64,000 nucleotides of DNA. Origin: Sporocytophaga sp. (GTDB taxonomy: Bacteria > Bacteroidota > Bacteroidia > Cytophagales > Cytophagaceae). The stretch lies in assembly GCF_017745095.1 (NCBI RefSeq), contig NZ_JAGHZZ010000007.1, forward strand, positions 151,565-215,564. The letters run 5' to 3'. The position numbers were made by a program, and so were the translations under genes. Positions 1 through 10,316 of this stretch are shown here, piece after piece; within the stretch, counting starts at the first letter, position 1, and the number at the start of each line of letters is the position of its first letter. The notes beneath the pieces were generated by a model. That model was not told the DNA's origin. It worked only from the letters and a program-made list of their open reading frames with translations, and did not search any database.

Positions 1-1
1 C

Positions 2-244
2 CCTATCATCATCTTCATTATAATCTTCGCAATTACTGCCTGGTATGCTTTCAAAAAAAATCTATCCCTCATTCCGGCTCTCGGATTCCTTATCAATCTT
101 TACCTCATGACAGAACTTGGAGCAACTAACTGGAGCCGCTTTCTGATATGGCTTGTACTCGGATTGATCTTTTATCTTTTTTACGGAAGACACAGAAGTC
201 ACCTGAATAAAAAGGCAACAGATCAGGCTTCTATAACCCTGTAA
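2..244 (+). CDS. C-terminal fragment of an APC-family amino acid permease (gene starts before the window)
   Basis: Frame 2 translates PIIIFIIIFAITAWYAFKKNLSLIPALGFLINLYLMTELGATNWSRFLIWLVLGLIFYLFYGRHRSHL..., matching the typical IP.L...INLYLM...W.RF.IWL..G..FY..YG..S C-terminus of cationic amino acid permeases; stop TAA at 242-244. Confidence 0.75.
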   Translation, partial: PIIIFIIIFAITAWYAFKKNLSLIPALGFLINLYLMTELGATNWSRFLIWLVLGLIFYLFYGRHRSHLNKKATDQASITL

Positions 245-302
245 TTGAAGGCATTTAAGCTTCTGATGATTAAATTAAAAACAAATAGGAAAGGATTTTA
301 CT

Positions 303-788
303 TTGCTTAGTATGAACCTTTCTTTACTGCGTAAGACTAAGTTTGTCAGATTTCTTACTAATTTCATTAAACAGGGTGCAACACCTGAAAAAATTGCTTT
401 GACTGTAGCTCTTGGAGTGATTCTAGGAGCCTTTCCGGTTATCGGTCCTACAACATTGCTTTGCACACTAGCTGCATTGATATTCAGGGTAAATTTACCT
501 GCAATTCAGTTTATCAACTATACTACTTATCCAATTCAAATTATCACCATTCTGCCTTTTTACAAATTCGGTGCTTATATCTTCGGAGATAAAACTTTTA
601 ATATCCCATTGGAAGAATTTACCGGAATGTTTCGTAAGGACATCTGGGGCTCTCTGCTTTTCTTTGGAAATGCGATATATCATGCTATTGTCGCGTGGTG
701 CCTGGTTGCACCCATTGCAGGAGGATTGATCTACTTCACAGTTTTATATTTATTCAAAAAATTCTCAGGGAAAAAGCAGATTGTTTAG
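303..788 (+). CDS. DUF2062-family membrane protein
   Basis: TPEKIAL.VALG..LG.FP..G.TT.LC...A..FR.NLP.IQ..NY pattern, hydrophobic. Confidence 0.7.
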   Translation: MLSMNLSLLRKTKFVRFLTNFIKQGATPEKIALTVALGVILGAFPVIGPTTLLCTLAALIFRVNLPAIQFINYTTYPIQIITILPFYKFGAYIFGDKTFNIPLEEFTGMFRKDIWGSLLFFGNAIYHAIVAWCLVAPIAGGLIYFTVLYLFKKFSGKKQIV

Positions 789-1034
789 CGATACATTCTA
801 TGTTATCTTATGTATTTTCTGATCCACCGAAAGATGATTATCAGTATACAGAGAAACACGAAGAAACACAGATATACATAGAGTGTGCATTACAATTTTT
901 AATTTTTTACTCTTAATAAAACTCAGTTTCAAATCTTTAGAAGAGGAAATAAAATTTTCATTTATATTATTTACTATGCTGCTCATATAACCTTAAAAAC
1001 TTGTAAATTAGATTATTATTACCTAATCTCATTT

Positions 1035-4000
1035 ATGAAAAAGCTGTTTATCACAGTATTCCTTTATTCTGGTTTAATAACAGGACTTATAGCTCAAAAC
1101 AATGTCGAAACTGTTTTACAGAAAGGACATTTTGCTTCCATTAAGTGTATTGAAATTGATCCGGAGGGAACCTTACTGGCAACTGGTAGCAAGGACAAAA
1201 CAGCCAAGCTTTGGGACATCAATTCCGGGAGGGAAATAAGAAGTTTTATCGGACATACACATTCTGTAACCAGAGTCCGCTTCAGCAGCGATAGTAAATA
1301 TCTTGTGACAAGTAGTATTGATGGAACTGCAAAAGTATGGGAAGTAGCAACTGGCAAATTTATTTTCTCCACACCTTCTACTGATAAGGTTTTAACTGAC
1401 GCGGTATTTTCTCCTGATGGGAAATTACTACTTACTTCCGGCTTTGCAGAGGTTGTTTCTATATATGACTTTCCTTCAGGAAACCTTATTAAAACAATAG
1501 AAACCAATCCTGATCAGGGATTAGGACTTGGCGTACATATTCAATTCAGCAAAGACGGAAAACTTTGTGCCATAGGAGAAGATAATCGTACTACTAAAGT
1601 CTACGAAACTTTAAGCTGGTCACTATTGAATACATTCAAGCCGGAGCAGGGATGGTGTGGAGGATGCGGTACTTATAATGTATTCACCAAAGATGGTAAT
1701 ACCCTTATAAAACTTTCCTCCAACAGCAAAGCAGAAGAATACGATATTAAATCAGGCAAACTCCTGATGACTTATGGTAATGAGTTAAAAGATGTAACAG
1801 GAGTTGACCTTAGCAATAATGATCGTTTCATTCTCACAGCAGAAGAAAAAGTTGCTTTGATTTTTAATCGTGGACAAAAAGATTCCATTGCTTTCTTCCC
1901 AGCTCCTGAGGGTCATGAAATCACAGCGGCTGCTTTAGGAAAAGGCAGTGAGTCTGTCTTTATAGCATCTGATGACAATGTTGTTACCGAATTCAATAAA
2001 GTAACAGGCAAAAAAATCAAACCATTTAAAGGTTTGCTAAATGAAAATGATGACAATGATCTGGGCTACGACCCTAATAGCTATTGGCATTCCCATATCA
2101 CTAAATATTTAAGGTTAAAGAACAAAGTCGTTCTTCTCCCTAATGGAAAAGAGATTATAAGAACCAAATCCGGGAAAGAAGTTAAGGTCTGGGACATTGC
2201 AACAGGCATACCACAGACCAAATTCTCAGACCATGCAAAACCTGTTATATCTCTTGACATAACTAAAGACGGAAAGACCATCGTCTCAGGAGACTCCAAA
2301 GGAGGTGTAAAAATCTGGTCACTGGATAAAGGTCAAAAGATATTTGATCTGAAAGGTCATAATGAACCTGTATTTGATGTGAAATATAGTCCGGACGAAT
2401 CTACTATTACCACAACCGGATGGGATGCCACCATCAATGTTTTCGATTCTAAAAACGGAAACCTTGTTAATCGGATTGATCTTAACAACAACTCTGCCTA
2501 CACATTTTCCTATACTCCCGACGGCTTATATCTTGTACTTGCCAGACTAGACAAAACCCTTGAACTGTTTGAGCCTGATTCTAAGACAAGAGTAAAATCA
2601 TTCATAGGTCACACTGACATCGTATCATCTATTTCCTTTCACCCTACTCAGCCACATATAATGATGAGCAGTTCATGGGATGGCACTACACGAGTGTGGG
2701 ATATCAAAACAGGGTTGATGCTAAAAAAGCTCAACGGAATCTCTACCCCTGTTCATGCTGCATTATTCACTCCTGATGGGTCACAGGTGATCACAGCAGG
2801 AGATGACAGAATCATCAGGATATGGGACTGGCAAAGCGGTAAAGTCATAAAGCAATTGGAAGGCCATAAAGCAGAGATCAGTAATTTGACCCTTAGCGCT
2901 GATGGCAAGATGTTACTTAGCTCTTCACTGGATGGATCTGTCAAATTCTGGAACCTGGAAAAAGGTCATGAGTTTTTCGAGCATATTTATATCAAAAACA
3001 AAGACTGGATGGTACTAACGAAGGAAGGTTATTTTAATGGTACTTCAGGAGCTATGGATTATGTGCACTTTGTAAAAGGAACTCAGTTATATTCTACCGA
3101 ACAGCTGATTGAAAAATTCTATAAGCCGGATCTTCTGCCTTCCCTATTTAACAACCGGGGAACAGGCATGCATAAGAGCGTGGACGATTTATTAAAGAAC
3201 ACGCCTCCCCCGGCAGTAAAAATCACAGCCTTAAAAACCGAAGGCAAAGCTGAAGCTGAAGTATACATTAAAGTAACAGATAACGGAGGAGGCACAGATG
3301 AAATTAAAGTATTGCATAACGGAAAGCGCATCTCTTTTGGTAATGTTAAAAATCTACCCAATAAAAAAGGGGAACATGTCGTATTAAAGGAAACAGTATC
3401 TCTTGTCCACGGAGTGAATATTTTTGAAGCAAGTGCATTCAGCAAAGAACGTATAGAGTCTTCTGCATCTTATTCAGAACTGCATTCTGAAACCGGAGAG
3501 CTTGCCAGCACTTGTCATATACTGGCAATAGGAATTGACAAATACAAAAACCCATCTATGACACTCACATTTGCAAGAGAAGATGCTGAAGCTATCACTG
3601 AAATGCTTAAAGAAAAAAGTCAGAAGATGTTTAAGAAAATCGAGGTCACTTCATTGTATGATGAAGAAGCTACAAAGGCCAATATCCTGAAAAAGTTAAG
3701 TGACCTTTCCAAAAACATTCAGAAGAACGATGTATTCATCTTTTACTATGCAGGACATGGAAGCATGACAGAAGAGCAGTTCTTCTTCATCCCATCTGAA
3801 TGTACAAGATTATACGAGAAAAATACGCTTGCAAAAGAAGCTATAGAAGCTTCCGAACTACAACAGAAATTCAAAGAGATCAAAGCACTTAAGCAAATCA
3901 TAATTATGGATGCTTGTCATTCGGGAGGCTCAATAGAATTCCTTGCATCCAGAGGGGGCATTGAAGAAAAGGCTATTGCTCAACTCGCAAGAAGTTCAGG

Positions 4001-4262
4001 GATACATGTGCTGGCATCGGCAGGAAGCAATGAAACAGCAATAGAAGTAAGTGAACTGGGCCATGGATTATTTACTTATATTTTACTTCATGCCTTGAAA
4101 GGCGAAGCTGACGGAGCTCCAAAAGATGGAAAAGTTACGGTATATGAACTAAAGTCCTTTCTGGACGATCAGATTCCTGAAATGAATAAGAAGTATCATG
4201 GAAAATCTCAATATCCATATACCTTTTCCAAGGGGCATGATTTTCCAATTGTTATAGAGTAA
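1035..4262 (+). CDS. Secreted WD40-repeat protein with C-terminal caspase-like (peptidase C14) domain
   Basis: Signal peptide; many GH...D.T.K.WD WD40 repeats; catalytic dyad motifs YYAGHG and DACHSG; terminal Q.P....G.DFPI motif. Confidence 0.9.
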   Translation: MKKLFITVFLYSGLITGLIAQNNVETVLQKGHFASIKCIEIDPEGTLLATGSKDKTAKLWDINSGREIRSFIGHTHSVTRVRFSSDSKYLVTSSIDGTAKVWEVATGKFIFSTPSTDKVLTDAVFSPDGKLLLTSGFAEVVSIYDFPSGNLIKTIETNPDQGLGLGVHIQFSKDGKLCAIGEDNRTTKVYETLSWSLLNTFKPEQGWCGGCGTYNVFTKDGNTLIKLSSNSKAEEYDIKSGKLLMTYGNELKDVTGVDLSNNDRFILTAEEKVALIFNRGQKDSIAFFPAPEGHEITAAALGKGSESVFIASDDNVVTEFNKVTGKKIKPFKGLLNENDDNDLGYDPNSYWHSHITKYLRLKNKVVLLPNGKEIIRTKSGKEVKVWDIATGIPQTKFSDHAKPVISLDITKDGKTIVSGDSKGGVKIWSLDKGQKIFDLKGHNEPVFDVKYSPDESTITTTGWDATINVFDSKNGNLVNRIDLNNNSAYTFSYTPDGLYLVLARLDKTLELFEPDSKTRVKSFIGHTDIVSSISFHPTQPHIMMSSSWDGTTRVWDIKTGLMLKKLNGISTPVHAALFTPDGSQVITAGDDRIIRIWDWQSGKVIKQLEGHKAEISNLTLSADGKMLLSSSLDGSVKFWNLEKGHEFFEHIYIKNKDWMVLTKEGYFNGTSGAMDYVHFVKGTQLYSTEQLIEKFYKPDLLPSLFNNRGTGMHKSVDDLLKNTPPPAVKITALKTEGKAEAEVYIKVTDNGGGTDEIKVLHNGKRISFGNVKNLPNKKGEHVVLKETVSLVHGVNIFEASAFSKERIESSASYSELHSETGELASTCHILAIGIDKYKNPSMTLTFAREDAEAITEMLKEKSQKMFKKIEVTSLYDEEATKANILKKLSDLSKNIQKNDVFIFYYAGHGSMTEEQFFFIPSECTRLYEKNTLAKEAIEASELQQKFKEIKALKQIIIMDACHSGGSIEFLASRGGIEEKAIAQLARSSGIHVLASAGSNETAIEVSELGHGLFTYILLHALKGEADGAPKDGKVTVYELKSFLDDQIPEMNKKYHGKSQYPYTFSKGHDFPIVIE

Positions 4263-4271
4263 AATATCACA

Positions 4272-4310
4272 TCTATTGATGTCATCGCTTGGAGCTATGG
4301 CATCAATAGA
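4272..4310. terminator. Long hairpin after the caspase gene (possible terminator or RNA-stability element)
   Basis: tctattgatg (4272-4281) is the exact reverse complement of catcaataga (4301-4310), with further imperfect inner pairing; no clear U-tract. Confidence 0.35.
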
Positions 4311-4365
4311 CTCGTCCCTCCCCTCCATGACCAATCGGAGGACATCATCATAAAATGAATAATGA

Positions 4366-5400
4366 GTGTTAAATGGGGAATATATTCTATATGGTGTTTT
4401 TTCAGAAATTATGTTTTTATATACAAATCAGATGCTTAGGAGATTACTTAATTTATTTGGAATATTTAAAGAAAAACGCCCCCCTCTAACGCCTGCAAAT
4501 AGCAGATTTAGGCAGGAATCTCATATTAGAGACTTTGAATTAGAAGACATACTAATTGAAGTTGCTCAAGAGTTTGATGACATTAATAGATTTAAGAAGG
4601 CTGCAAAAAACATCTCATCCCGATTAGAATTTAATAGAGCAAAGGAACTGACTAGGTATTTCCATAATAATCCACCAGAACCCGATACGCTGAAATCTAA
4701 AACCAGTAAATATGGATACTTCGGAGTTTGGATGAATATATGCCAGAATTCAGTTTTCGAAATTCTTTTCAATTATAAAGAACAAGCCATACCAATTTTA
4801 TATTCTATAGGATTTGGGGAATATGATTGGACTCAGTATAAAGCAATAGATGTACTCTGCAGAATTGCAATAGATGGAATTCAAACTAAGAAGATAGTAA
4901 AAGATATAGGTGACGAAATATTAAACTTTAGGTATGAAGCTGCTTTCCCTTCGGTAGAGTCAATTTCAAAAATTCCAAGTAATGAAGAAGTCCAATTGAT
5001 TTTGCTTAAAGTATTTGAGGAATATTCAAAGAATGATCCAATTGACGGATTACATATTCTACAATTATCAATAACCAATTATCCCGATTTTACCAAAAGC
5101 AAACTTGCTTTTATTAAAAATATAGCACAGGGAAAAGGAATTGAGAATCGCTCTCCGCTACTTGATGGAGCAGTATTGTCAATAGATCCAGAAGGGAATG
5201 AAGGCTACTTTATTGGTGGAGAAAAAATCGATGGAAATTTTGAGGAAACTCACAGAGTAAATGCTACAATTTTATATTACCTCCTGGATAAGAGAGATAA
5301 CGACATTAACGAACTTATGAATTTTTGGGAAAGAAATATTAAAGAGGATTCTCTTAGAAATAAGATAAAGGATTTGAGAAATCAGAGAACCGAAATTTAA
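4366..5400 (+). CDS. Hypothetical protein (likely start ATG 4432)
   Basis: 344-aa ORF, low GC, no recognisable motif. Confidence 0.7.
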   Translation: MLNGEYILYGVFSEIMFLYTNQMLRRLLNLFGIFKEKRPPLTPANSRFRQESHIRDFELEDILIEVAQEFDDINRFKKAAKNISSRLEFNRAKELTRYFHNNPPEPDTLKSKTSKYGYFGVWMNICQNSVFEILFNYKEQAIPILYSIGFGEYDWTQYKAIDVLCRIAIDGIQTKKIVKDIGDEILNFRYEAAFPSVESISKIPSNEEVQLILLKVFEEYSKNDPIDGLHILQLSITNYPDFTKSKLAFIKNIAQGKGIENRSPLLDGAVLSIDPEGNEGYFIGGEKIDGNFEETHRVNATILYYLLDKRDNDINELMNFWERNIKEDSLRNKIKDLRNQRTEI

Positions 5401-5590
5401 CACAGGATATACATCAAGCAGAACTGACTGGGTAAACTTAATAATAACTGATAACGTTCAGTTTATAGTAGTCTCTTCTGATCAGCCAAGCCTCTCCTTC
5501 CTATAACTCACTCATTCAGAGAAAAAAGCATTACACAAAAAACTTCATATCTATTCCCTGAGTTACTCCTATAGGGATTGTGGGAGTGAT

Positions 5591-6169
5591 ATGATCAGGA
5601 AATTTATAAACATTGCAGCTCTTTACCTTTTGTTATCTGCAGGTAAACCATCGGAAAGCTTATCTCCAAAGGACTGTTGCAAGCCCAGTCTTTGGGACGA
5701 AGTTTTGAATATCGATACATTAAAAATCGGAGCAATACCTGTCTATACAGATACGCTTACATTGCTTTCCAGTTTAGGAGCTCCAGAGAAAACAAGTGTA
5801 TGCGGCGCATCAGGATTGTACAGACCAGAAAAGTTTCCCCTTACAAATCCAATTTACATGTGGTCATATAAAGGAATTGATTTCCTTGTAAACGGAGACA
5901 AGGTAAATCTTAAGCTTGTCCGATTTACCGAAGCGCCCTCGACTCTGAGATTGACATATCCTTCATTAACGTTATGTCATTCAACCAGACTTGCAGATGT
6001 TAAAAAGATATTCCCGGTATCGGTCAGAATATCCTATGATTACTTTGATCCGGAAAGAAAGGAGACATTCAGATTGGTAAGGATCAATCCAAGGGAAGCA
6101 TGGACCGATGAGTGGATTCTGAGATTTAAGGGAAACAGATTATATGAAGTTGAATTCTGGACTCCTTGA
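5591..6169 (+). CDS. Hypothetical, probably exported protein
   Basis: 192-aa ORF with N-terminal hydrophobic stretch. Confidence 0.65.
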   Translation: MIRKFINIAALYLLLSAGKPSESLSPKDCCKPSLWDEVLNIDTLKIGAIPVYTDTLTLLSSLGAPEKTSVCGASGLYRPEKFPLTNPIYMWSYKGIDFLVNGDKVNLKLVRFTEAPSTLRLTYPSLTLCHSTRLADVKKIFPVSVRISYDYFDPERKETFRLVRINPREAWTDEWILRFKGNRLYEVEFWTP

Positions 6170-6253
6170 GCTGATTATCTATGTCTTCTCTGTGGAAGAA
6201 AAAATTACACAGAGAAAACACAGTGAAATTTAACATTGCTTATTACCAACAAT

Positions 6254-6460
6254 TCAGGAAAGGATTTTATATCCAGCTTTGTCGAGTGTTTTCTGTACAA
6301 TCTCAGGAGAAATATTTTCCCCCTTTACAGTCAGAATTTTATCGTTGGATTTTATATCGACATCCCATTCTTTTATTTCAGACGCCTCGTCTAAAGCTTT
6401 TCCAGCCTTTTCAACACAAGCTCCGCATTTGATATTTGTTTTAAATTGTAGAGTTTCCAT
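6254..6460 (-). CDS. copZ: Heavy-metal-associated (HMA) copper chaperone, CopZ-like
   Basis: 68 aa, IKCGAC CxxC motif, directly downstream of copA. Confidence 0.8.
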   Translation of the reverse strand: METLQFKTNIKCGACVEKAGKALDEASEIKEWDVDIKSNDKILTVKGENISPEIVQKTLDKAGYKILS

Positions 6461-6545
6461 GACTTACCTCGTTATTTATTTCTATAAAGTTAATGCTAAT
6501 CTGAATTACGGTTCTTATATAATTTTGAATATTATTTACACTTAG

Positions 6546-8759
6546 TTAAAGTCTTACTGTTTTTAACCTCAGGCTATTCAATACAACTGACACACTGCTT
6601 AATGCCATTGCCAATCCGGCAAGCATTGGATTTAGAAGAAAACCATTAACAGGATACAATACGCCCGCAGCAAGAGGAATACCGATCAGGTTATAAATAA
6701 AGGCCCAGAAGAGATTCTGACGGATTGTATTCACTGTAAATTTACTTAGCTTAAAACTTTCAGGGATCAATCGTAAATCAGAAGACATCAAAGTTATCTT
6801 TGCTACATCCATGGCTATGTCGGATCCCTGGGCCATTGCAATACTAACATCTGCTAGCGCCAGAGCTTCTGCATCATTCACGCCGTCTCCAGCCATAGCT
6901 ACAATTTTTCCATTATTCTTCAATTCCCTTACAAAGCTTGCTTTATCAGACGGTAATACTTCCGCTTTATACTTTTCAATTCCGGTTTTCTTTGCTATTG
7001 CTTCTGCTGTATGCATTGTGTCTCCAGTAAGCATGTAGATATCAATACCAAGATCCTTAATCTTTTGAATCGCATCATAAGAACCTTGCTTCACTTCATC
7101 AGCAACCGCAATTAGGGCCAGAACATTTTTATTCCGAACTAAATAAATCAAGGTTTTTGCTTCTGAACTATACTGCTTGGATATATTCTCTATATCAATT
7201 GATAATTCAGCCTTAATATCATTTTTAACAAAATTCCGGCTTCCTATAAAATAAATATCTCCTTTATATTGCACCTTAACACCTTTCCCAGTCTGACTTT
7301 CAAAATTCTCTAATGCAACTTCAGATGTATTTCTTTCTTTATAATATTGCACGACTGCCTCTGCCAGTGGATGTCCCGATTTACGCTCTGCTGTCAAAAT
7401 GATTCCTTCAAGCAAAGTTTTACTTTCAATATTCTCCTTCCAGTAAACATCTGTTACTTTAGGTCTTCCCATTGTGATAGTTCCTGTTTTATCCAAAACC
7501 AGCACCTGCGTTTTCTTTGCAAATTCCAGGCTCTCTGCATCTCTGATAAGAATACCTTTCTCCGCTCCTTTACCAATACCAACCATTATTGCAGTAGGTG
7601 TGGCTAATCCAAGAGCACATGGACAAGCAATTACAAGAACTGTAATCATAGCCAGTAATGCATGAGTGAAACTATGTTCTCCTCCGACTATAAACCATAC
7701 CAGAAAAGTTAGAATTGCAATACCTATGACTATCGGAACAAATATTCCCGCTATCTTATCTGCAAGCTTCTGAACAGGTGCTTTTGACCCTTGAGCTTCC
7801 TGAACAGTTTTAATGATGCCTGCAAGCAAAGTTTCAGCACCTACTTTCTCTGCTTTCATTGTAAAGCTTCCCTTCTGATTCAGAGTTCCTGCAAATACCT
7901 TTGCACCTGTTATTTTCTCTGAAGGAATAGATTCACCTGTTATTGTACTTTCATCAACAAATGAATTACCTGAAATCACCAGCCCGTCGACGGGGATCTT
8001 TTCTCCTGAACGAATAATAATTTCATCACCTTTTACTACTTCCTCTATTTTCAATTCAATTTCAGAACTACCTCTGATAACCTTAACAGTTTTAGGTTGC
8101 AAGCCCATTAGCTTTTTGATAGCACTTCCTGTTTTCTGCTTTGCCTGCTCTTCAAGCAAGCGACCTAATAAGATAAATGCAATTACCACCGCAGCAGCTT
8201 CAAAATATACATCTGGGTGCACTCCTTGCTTCAAAAGGACTTCCGGAAATAATGTATTAAATGTACTGAAAGCGAAAGCTATACCGGTGCTCAAAGCAAC
8301 AAGTGTATCCATATTGGTTTGACCGTGTTTAATTAATCGGAATGCATTGATAAAAAACTGCTTGCCAAAAATTAATATAACCGGTGCTGATAATAAAAGC
8401 ATGATCTGATTGGCATATGGAGCCATATGAAAAAACATACCTATTATAACTACAGGAATAGCAAAAGCCAAAGACAAGAAAGCATTCATTTTAAGTTTTT
8501 TAAAATGCGCTGACTGCTCTACTTCAGACGACTTGTTTCCATCTTCTTCCAGGATCAAATCGTAACCAATGGATTGAACCGCCTCTTTTAGTTTCGCTGC
8601 TGGATACGCATTATCGTAAGTAACCTGAGCAGTAGATCCTGCATAATTCACATTAACATCTTTGACCTCCGGAATTGATTTTAAAATCGACTCCACACTT
8701 ACAGCGCAGGAAGCACAACTCAAGCCTTCTACAGGAAAAATTTTTTTTATGGTACTCAT
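6546..8759 (-). CDS. copA: Cu(I)-translocating P1B-type ATPase
   Basis: N-terminal GLSCASC HMA, TGES, CPCALG, DKTGT, GDGVND, YN and MALSS Cu(I)-type transmembrane motifs. Confidence 0.95.
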   Translation of the reverse strand: MSTIKKIFPVEGLSCASCAVSVESILKSIPEVKDVNVNYAGSTAQVTYDNAYPAAKLKEAVQSIGYDLILEEDGNKSSEVEQSAHFKKLKMNAFLSLAFAIPVVIIGMFFHMAPYANQIMLLLSAPVILIFGKQFFINAFRLIKHGQTNMDTLVALSTGIAFAFSTFNTLFPEVLLKQGVHPDVYFEAAAVVIAFILLGRLLEEQAKQKTGSAIKKLMGLQPKTVKVIRGSSEIELKIEEVVKGDEIIIRSGEKIPVDGLVISGNSFVDESTITGESIPSEKITGAKVFAGTLNQKGSFTMKAEKVGAETLLAGIIKTVQEAQGSKAPVQKLADKIAGIFVPIVIGIAILTFLVWFIVGGEHSFTHALLAMITVLVIACPCALGLATPTAIMVGIGKGAEKGILIRDAESLEFAKKTQVLVLDKTGTITMGRPKVTDVYWKENIESKTLLEGIILTAERKSGHPLAEAVVQYYKERNTSEVALENFESQTGKGVKVQYKGDIYFIGSRNFVKNDIKAELSIDIENISKQYSSEAKTLIYLVRNKNVLALIAVADEVKQGSYDAIQKIKDLGIDIYMLTGDTMHTAEAIAKKTGIEKYKAEVLPSDKASFVRELKNNGKIVAMAGDGVNDAEALALADVSIAMAQGSDIAMDVAKITLMSSDLRLIPESFKLSKFTVNTIRQNLFWAFIYNLIGIPLAAGVLYPVNGFLLNPMLAGLAMALSSVSVVLNSLRLKTVRL

Positions 8760-8867
8760 AATTATTATCAGCTATTTTCAGAAGGACACATTTCCTCCTA
8801 ACCCTAGCAAAGTAACAATTAAATGAAGGGAATTTGCTTACAAAATTATGGGAAAGAGTTGTAGATA

Positions 8868-8909
8868 AAAGCGGAAGGCTTAAAGCTTAAAGCGGAAGGT
8901 TTAAAGAGA
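8868..8909 (+). repeat. Array of six degenerate 7-mers (aaagcgg aaggctt aaagctt aaagcgg aaggttt aaagaga)
   Basis: Read directly; 16 bp (8882-8897) is the perfect reverse complement of 9036-9051. Confidence 0.75.
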
Positions 8910-9029
8910 AAGTGTTTGCATGAATACCAGGGATATTATTTTTTCCATAGTAAGTTTAAGGAGTTGAGTATATAACAAAAGGAGTTTTTTTAGAAGTATC
9001 TAAATAATAGAGCTAAGCTTATTGTCACT

Positions 9030-9060
9030 TCTGCTTTCCGCTTTAAGCTTTTCGCTCTTT
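9030..9060 (-). repeat. Inverted partner array of 7-mers (agagcga aaagctt aaagcgg aaagcag on the minus strand)
   Basis: Read directly. Confidence 0.75.
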
Positions 9061-9626
9061 CAACTTATATCATCAAGAGGCTTACGCTGATGGCCTTTAA
9101 GCTTTTTAAATTCGGAGGATGAAAAACCGGTGATCTGTTTGAATTGATTACTGAGGTGCGCTACACTGCTATACCCAAGCTTATACGCCAATTCACTCAA
9201 GGTAAGCTCATTATATATTAAATATTCTTTTACTTTTTCTATCTTTTGCAGGATTATATATTTTTCGATTGTAAGATTCTCTATTGAAGAAAATAAATTG
9301 GATAATGTGTGATAATCCTTACCTACTTCTTTTGCCAGAAATTCAGAATAGTTTACATCAAGCTCTCCTTCATGATGATGTATCTGCTCAATCAATAGTG
9401 TTTTAATCTTCTCAACTAGTTTAACTTTTTTATCTTCCAATAATTCAAAGCCATTTTCCTCCAACACTTCCTTTATTTTAGACATTTCAGGTTCTTTTGG
9501 AGCATCTATTACTACTTCCCCAAGACGTATATCTTTTACATTTACAGAAAGCTTTTCCAGCTCATCCTTAACCACTTTAATACAGCGGTTACAAACCATA
9601 TTTTTGATGTATAAATGAAATTCCAT
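9060..9626 (-). CDS. AraC-family regulator with N-terminal CxxC metal-binding (HMA-like) domain
   Basis: IKNMVCNRC N-terminus; C-terminal LTLSELAYKLGYSSVAHLSNQFKQITG AraC HTH. Confidence 0.9.
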   Translation of the reverse strand: MEFHLYIKNMVCNRCIKVVKDELEKLSVNVKDIRLGEVVIDAPKEPEMSKIKEVLEENGFELLEDKKVKLVEKIKTLLIEQIHHHEGELDVNYSEFLAKEVGKDYHTLSNLFSSIENLTIEKYIILQKIEKVKEYLIYNELTLSELAYKLGYSSVAHLSNQFKQITGFSSSEFKKLKGHQRKPLDDIS

Positions 9627-9806
9627 AAGTCTTCAAATTATTTAACAAAATAAAAGATCGCTTCATTACTTCACAAATCTTTTGAAAGAAAGCTTGAAAT
9701 TTTATGAATTAAAGAAATTAATTTCCTTAATTCACAAGCAATTAAAATAGATGAATAAGTTTTACAACAAAGTTGGATTTTAAGCGTTTCCACTTTTTTA
9801 TGCCCT

Positions 9807-10316
9807 ATGAAAACAAAATTCTTCCTTCTGACATTTTTAATCTTTTCAGGTTTCGCATCTATAGCCCAATTCAAATCAGCTAAAATAGGAATAGATGGCC
9901 TTACTTGTTCCATGTGCTCGAACAGTGTTGAAAAACTTCTACTCCAACTGGATTTTGTTGAGTCTGTAAAAATGGATCTAAACACGAATGAAGCAACTGT
10001 TATATTCCGCCAGAAATATAAAACTGATTTCAAAAAGGTTAGTCAAAAAATCTATGATTCAGGATTTTCTGTCAGAGAAATTTCAACATCCCTTAACTTT
10101 GATACTATCAACCTTGATGGAAATGCTTTTCAGGTCAATGGAGATAAATTTTATATTTTGAGTGAAGAGAAAGCCAACCTTTCTGGTGAAAGGTCATTCA
10201 GGTTTCTCGATAAGAATCTTATCAGCAAAAAAGAATTCAGTCATTGGTCGTATTTCATTAAGGAAAACGACAAGGTCCATAATGAAAAACAGAAAGCATA
10301 CCACATCAGTCTATGA
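9807..10316 (+). CDS. Exported HMA-domain protein
   Basis: Signal peptide followed by GLTCSMC. Confidence 0.8.
   Translation: MKTKFFLLTFLIFSGFASIAQFKSAKIGIDGLTCSMCSNSVEKLLLQLDFVESVKMDLNTNEATVIFRQKYKTDFKKVSQKIYDSGFSVREISTSLNFDTINLDGNAFQVNGDKFYILSEEKANLSGERSFRFLDKNLISKKEFSHWSYFIKENDKVHNEKQKAYHISL

Noticed and set aside
5394-5470. ATTTAAC overlapping a stop codon, resembling an attC R'' box
   Set aside because: No matching GTTRRRY R' box or attC symmetry downstream and no integron integrase
6506-9700. Shared AraC operator upstream of copZ, copA and araC
   Set aside because: Candidate TTAC..TGTA-like sites differ in spacing and orientation; no consistent motif by eye
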